Of a stretch of DNA of 16,558 bases, positions 13,337-16,558 are shown one piece after another. This DNA comes from Oscillatoria sp. Prado101 (GTDB taxonomy: Bacteria; Cyanobacteriota; Cyanobacteriia; Cyanobacteriales; Oscillatoriaceae). Where the stretch lies: NCBI GenBank assembly GCA_025454445.1, contig JALOOK010000018.1, positions 1 through 16,558 on the forward strand, given 5' to 3'. A program made the translations under genes and the position numbers. How positions within the stretch are numbered: the stretch's first letter is position 1; each line of letters begins with the position of its first letter. Under the pieces are notes generated by a model. The model did not search any database and had not been told where the DNA came from. It was given only the letters and a program-made list of their open reading frames with translations.

Positions 13337-14194
13337 TTATTGCGCTTCCCCTGAAAGCAACCGCCGGCAAAACTCCAGCGCAACCGCCACCTGACTGGTT
13401 TGCTGCGGGTACTCAACAGCCGGTCGCTTGATCAGCACCACCGGCACCCCCAACTCAGCCGCAACCGCCCGCTTGACATCCTCTCCCCCCGCAGTTCCAG
13501 ACGCCTTCGCCACCACCAGCGAAATTTGCCACTGTTTCCACAGCGCCCGTTCCAACTCAGCCGACACCGGCGGGCGCAGAGCCACCAGCCGGTCAGGCGT
13601 GAACCCCGCATCCAGAGCCGCTTGCAGCGCCGGCAGCGAAGGCAGAATCCGGGCGAACAGCGTACAGCGCTCTTGCCACGCGCGGAACAGCGGCAGAGGC
13701 CGGTAGCCCACAACCAGCAGCACCCGCTCTCCCGCCAGACACTCACCCACCAGCAGCGTCTCAAAACTGTCCACCTCTGTAAGGATTTGGGATGGGGGAT
13801 AGTGGGTGCCGGGATTGGGGGATTTGGGGATTTGGGATGGCCAGTCGGAACTCACCGGCGGGCGTTCGTAGCGCAAATAAGGGATGTCACACTCCCTCGC
13901 CGCCGCCACCGCCAGCTTAGAAATCTCCACCGCATAGGGGTGGGAGGCGTCCAAAATCGCAACAATTCCCTGCTCTTGCAAAAACTGCCGGATTTGACCG
14001 GCATCCAGCCTCCCCACCCACACCCGCAGCACAGGAGCCGGTGGGTAGAGCCCCCTAGCCGCTTCCGTCGTCACCGAAATCGTGCAGGGCAACTGCGCCG
14101 CCACCATCGCACTGGCCAGCAGGGCACTTTCGCTCGTCCCGCCAATCAGCCAGACACGCCGATTGTTGGGCATGGGGCATGGGTAATTGAGCAT
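13337..14194 (-). CDS. cobK: Precorrin-6A / cobalt-precorrin-6A reductase (CobK/CbiJ) with an unusual ~25-aa in-frame low-complexity insertion.
   Basis: Family-typical N-terminus RVWLIGGTSE, plus ...ILDASHPYA... and ...VVLIKRP... motifs. The probable true start is the Met at residue 8 (MPNNRRVWLIGG). The insertion (DWPSQIPKSPNPGTHYPPSQIL) is encoded by a GGGATTT-type repeat at ~13783-13850. Confidence 0.7.
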   Translation of the reverse strand: MLNYPCPMPNNRRVWLIGGTSESALLASAMVAAQLPCTISVTTEAARGLYPPAPVLRVWVGRLDAGQIRQFLQEQGIVAILDASHPYAVEISKLAVAAARECDIPYLRYERPPVSSDWPSQIPKSPNPGTHYPPSQILTEVDSFETLLVGECLAGERVLLVVGYRPLPLFRAWQERCTLFARILPSLPALQAALDAGFTPDRLVALRPPVSAELERALWKQWQISLVVAKASGTAGGEDVKRAVAAELGVPVVLIKRPAVEYPQQTSQVAVALEFCRRLLSGEAQ

Positions 14195-14286
14195 TGGGCG
14201 TGGGGCATTCTTCTATTCTTGGCGTCCTTGGCGTCTTGGCGGTTTTATTACCATAACCTCTCCCATTTGTCAACCACCTAAACCCC

Positions 14287-15009
14287 TCAAAATCGGACTT
14301 TATAAAGCCCGAACAGCTCCCCGGGCTGACGCTTAACCACCTTAGCACCGGCAGCCTTAATCAGCTTTTCCCAAGCGGGCAAAGGTTCGAGGAACACCTC
14401 AGCGCCCATATAGGTTTCCAGGATGGCCCAGTTTTCCGCCAGGGGGGTATCTGGGTCGAGGACATCAAAAACGAACTCGCCTGCCGGTTTGAGGGCCAGC
14501 TTCACCTCAGCCATAACAGCAGCCCAGTAATCGAGAGGGAAATAGCAGCTAAAGCCGGTGGCGATGGCCATATCGAACTGAGCCGGCTCGCAGTGGAGCT
14601 GGTGAGCCGGTGCCAGTTCCACTCCTTTAAAGAGCTTGGAGTTGAGCTGGGGTCCGCGAGCGTTGAGGGTGTCCCGGGCCACGGAGCTGATTTCGTGACC
14701 GTAAAAGAAAGCGCCCCAGTCGCGCCAGGGATAGATGAGAAAGCTGGCACCGCAGCCGATATCCAAACAGCGCTGGTTTTTTTGGGGTTGGGCGATATCC
14801 CAGAAAGGGGAAGTTGTTTTAGATTGGAGAGTGCCGGCAGCCCAGTCGCGAAAGATGGGCATAGCCTCGACTTCGGAGGGCAGGTCGAAGGGCTCGCCGC
14901 CATACTGCCGGTTAAAGCGAGAGGCGACCTGGGCCACTGTTGACTGCCAGCGGTCGGAGGTGCCGGCAGCAAAGAGGTTGCCTAAAGGAGAATCGGGCTT
15001 TTTAGACAT
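14287..15009 (-). CDS. Class I SAM-dependent methyltransferase.
   Basis: Motif I is CLDIGCGASFLIYP (GxGxG-like), with a downstream acidic-loop pattern. 240 aa. The substrate is not identifiable. Confidence 0.7.
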   Translation of the reverse strand: MSKKPDSPLGNLFAAGTSDRWQSTVAQVASRFNRQYGGEPFDLPSEVEAMPIFRDWAAGTLQSKTTSPFWDIAQPQKNQRCLDIGCGASFLIYPWRDWGAFFYGHEISSVARDTLNARGPQLNSKLFKGVELAPAHQLHCEPAQFDMAIATGFSCYFPLDYWAAVMAEVKLALKPAGEFVFDVLDPDTPLAENWAILETYMGAEVFLEPLPAWEKLIKAAGAKVVKRQPGELFGLYKVRF

Positions 15010-15016
15010 TAAGGCC

Positions 15017-15235
15017 CTAGCGCCCCTTGAGAGCTTTGGTAAAGTTCTTGCGATAGCTCTGGTTGGCCACCCACAGCACCGGCCACAGCACAGACAGCTT
15101 CAGCCGGTTGGGCAGGCTTCGCTCGAAGTTCGTCCGCTCAAACCCCTGCCAGAACTTCCACACACCGACTGCATAACCGACCAACAACGCCAAGAAGATT
15201 AATTTCATGATCGATTCTCGAAGCAACTGTTTCAA
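15017..15235 (-). CDS. Small hypothetical membrane protein (72 aa, one TM segment LIFLALLVGYAVGVW), possibly co-transcribed with the methyltransferase.
   Basis: Its stop lies 7 nt upstream of the methyltransferase start. The composition is hydrophobic then basic. No recognisable family. The start may be the internal Met at residue 10. Confidence 0.4.
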   Translation of the reverse strand: MKQLLRESIMKLIFLALLVGYAVGVWKFWQGFERTNFERSLPNRLKLSVLWPVLWVANQSYRKNFTKALKGR

Positions 15236-15751
15236 TCCCGTTGCCGGGATTCAGGGCCAAAAATATTCTTTTCCTGCCGCCTGCTGAAATTATTATCGCA
15301 TTGATATGGGCTTCTTTGCACAACCGGGACGCTGCGGTGCGGTCTGCCGGCCCACCGGCACGCAAAGGGGGCTGGCACTTGGGGGCGGGCGGGCGAATGC
15401 AACCCCTGTGGTGCAAAAGACAGCACTGCCAAGAGCAAAGGGCAGCCTTAATGCCCCCGCACTCCAAGGCGTTAAACACTCCTTAAGTTTATGGAAATAT
15501 CATAGATTCAGTCTTATGCTGTGGATAGCTTTTGGCACACCGGCAAAATTCTCTTTCCCCATATGCTGCGTTCGTGCGGCTGGTGGCAGGAGCGATCTTC
15601 CAACCATATACTGCCAGCTTGTTTTAAGTAGATTTACTGATGGGCGGCAGCGGCAGCGGGGCTGAAAGCAACTCAGGCAAGGGCGCGTTTGAGGGCGTCG
15701 CACAGTAGAAGGATGATTTCAACTTTTTCCCTCATGGAAAACCCGCTCAAG

Positions 15752-15801
15752 CCTCCCCCTACCCGTAAACGGGGAGGGGGGTGGGGGGTGGGGTTCACCC
15801 C
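15752..15801. repeat. Fifth copy of the dispersed stem-loop repeat family (CCTCCCCCTACCCGTAAACGGGGAGGGGGGTGGGGGGTGGGGTTCACCCC).
   Basis: Contains the inner hairpin CCCGT-AA-ACGGG with C-rich/G-rich flanks and the G-run tail GGTGGGGGGTGGGG. It lies in the 700-bp divergent intergenic region upstream of the plus-strand nucleotidyltransferase gene. Confidence 0.6.
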
Positions 15802-15932
15802 ACGGGAGGTGCAGCGCCCATTGAAGCGGCATGCCACAAGACCGAGCATCATAGGAAACTAGAGTAGAGACAAGCCGAACGCGCCGGAATCCCTACGATG
15901 CAACCAAGCGTGCGAAAAGCCAAGGAGGACTT

Positions 15933-16558
15933 ATGCGAGCAGTGCTGATGGCTGGAGGATCGGGGACGCGGCTCAGACCGCTGACTTGCGATCTGCCCAA
16001 ACCGATGGTGCCGATTTTGAATCGACCCATTGCTGAGCACATCATCAATCTTCTCAGACGGCACCAGATTACAGAAATCATTGCCACGCTGCACTATCTG
16101 CCGGACGTGATGCGCGACTACTTCTCTGACGGCAGCGACTTCGGCGTGCAGATGACCTATGCGGTGGAGGAAGACCAGCCCCTGGGGACGGCAGGCTGCG
16201 TCAAAAATATTGCCGAACTGCTCGAGCAAACCTTTCTGGTGATTAGCGGAGACAGCATCACCGACTTTAATTTGAGCGCCGCCATTGCCTTTCACAAGCA
16301 CAAGCGCTCCCTAGCGACGATTGTTTTGACGCACGTCCCGAATCCGATAGAATTCGGCGTCGTGATTACCGATAAAGATGGCCGCATTCGGCGGTTTTTG
16401 GAAAAGCCATCCACCAGCGAGATTTTTTCCGATACAGTCAACACCGGCATCTACATTTTAGAACCGGAAGTCCTGGACTACCTGCCAGAAAACAAAGAGT
16501 GTGACTTTTCCAAAGACCTGTTACCCCTGCTGCTGGAAAAAGGCGACCCCATGTACGG
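15933..16558 (+). CDS. Sugar-1-phosphate nucleotidyltransferase, mannose-1-phosphate guanylyltransferase-like. 5' part only; the gene runs off the window end and is not in the supplied ORF track.
   Basis: The ATG at 15933 is preceded by a strong Shine-Dalgarno AAGGAGGA at 15922-15929. The translation reads MRAVLMAGGSGTRLRPLTCDLPKPMVPILNRPIAEHIINLL...GTAGCV...LVISGDSITDFNL...EKP...NTGIYILEPEVLDYLP. The G-x-G-T-R-L nucleotide-binding signature and overall colinearity fit GDP-mannose pyrophosphorylase-type enzymes. There is no stop before 16558. Confidence 0.8.
   Translation, partial: MRAVLMAGGSGTRLRPLTCDLPKPMVPILNRPIAEHIINLLRRHQITEIIATLHYLPDVMRDYFSDGSDFGVQMTYAVEEDQPLGTAGCVKNIAELLEQTFLVISGDSITDFNLSAAIAFHKHKRSLATIVLTHVPNPIEFGVVITDKDGRIRRFLEKPSTSEIFSDTVNTGIYILEPEVLDYLPENKECDFSKDLLPLLLEKGDPMY

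Noticed and set aside
15849-16301. 150-aa minus-strand ORF
   Set aside because: Completely overlapped by the plus-strand nucleotidyltransferase gene, which has a strong SD and a conserved GxGTRL motif. The minus-strand product is low-complexity.

Overview
The window appears to be chromosomal DNA from a GC-rich organism that looks cyanobacterial. The evidence for that is a signal-peptide pentapeptide-repeat protein typical of the thylakoid lumen, a CobK/CbiJ gene, and dispersed G/C-rich hairpin repeats. Nearly all genes between 261 and 15235 lie on the minus strand. From right to left the order is: a full-length major vault protein (MVP) homolog (9226-11892); a Family 2B-type encapsulin shell protein with an embedded cNMP-binding domain (7054-8499); a cysteine desulfurase with a ~230-aa disordered N-terminal extension, the typical cargo of Family 2 encapsulins, overlapping the shell gene by 26 nt (5148-7079); serine O-acetyltransferase cysE (3747-4622); two half-size YeeE/YedE sulfur-transporter genes (3300-3728, 2696-3187); and an unusual fusion of a FAD/NAD(P)-binding domain to an ETHE1-like persulfide dioxygenase (261-2414). 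To the right lie the pentapeptide-repeat protein, a CobK/CbiJ precorrin-6A reductase with an odd in-frame repetitive insertion, a SAM-dependent methyltransferase, a small membrane ORF, and the 5' part of a plus-strand sugar-phosphate nucleotidyltransferase that runs off the window. Intergenic regions are unusually structured. Two arrays of a ~40-45-bp hairpin repeat sit immediately 3' of the dioxygenase-fusion and MVP genes. A family of C-rich/G-rich stem-loops followed by a GGTTGGGGGGTGAGGGG tail recurs five times. There is a MITE-like element with nested inverted repeats upstream of MVP, a perfect 33-nt palindrome between the two YeeE genes, and a repeated GCGATAAATC palindromic motif upstream of the encapsulin. 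A 17-nt identical motif occurs upstream of both shell-protein genes. The main finding is a vault-type shell gene and an encapsulin-cargo pair next to each other, embedded in a co-oriented sulfur-metabolism locus.
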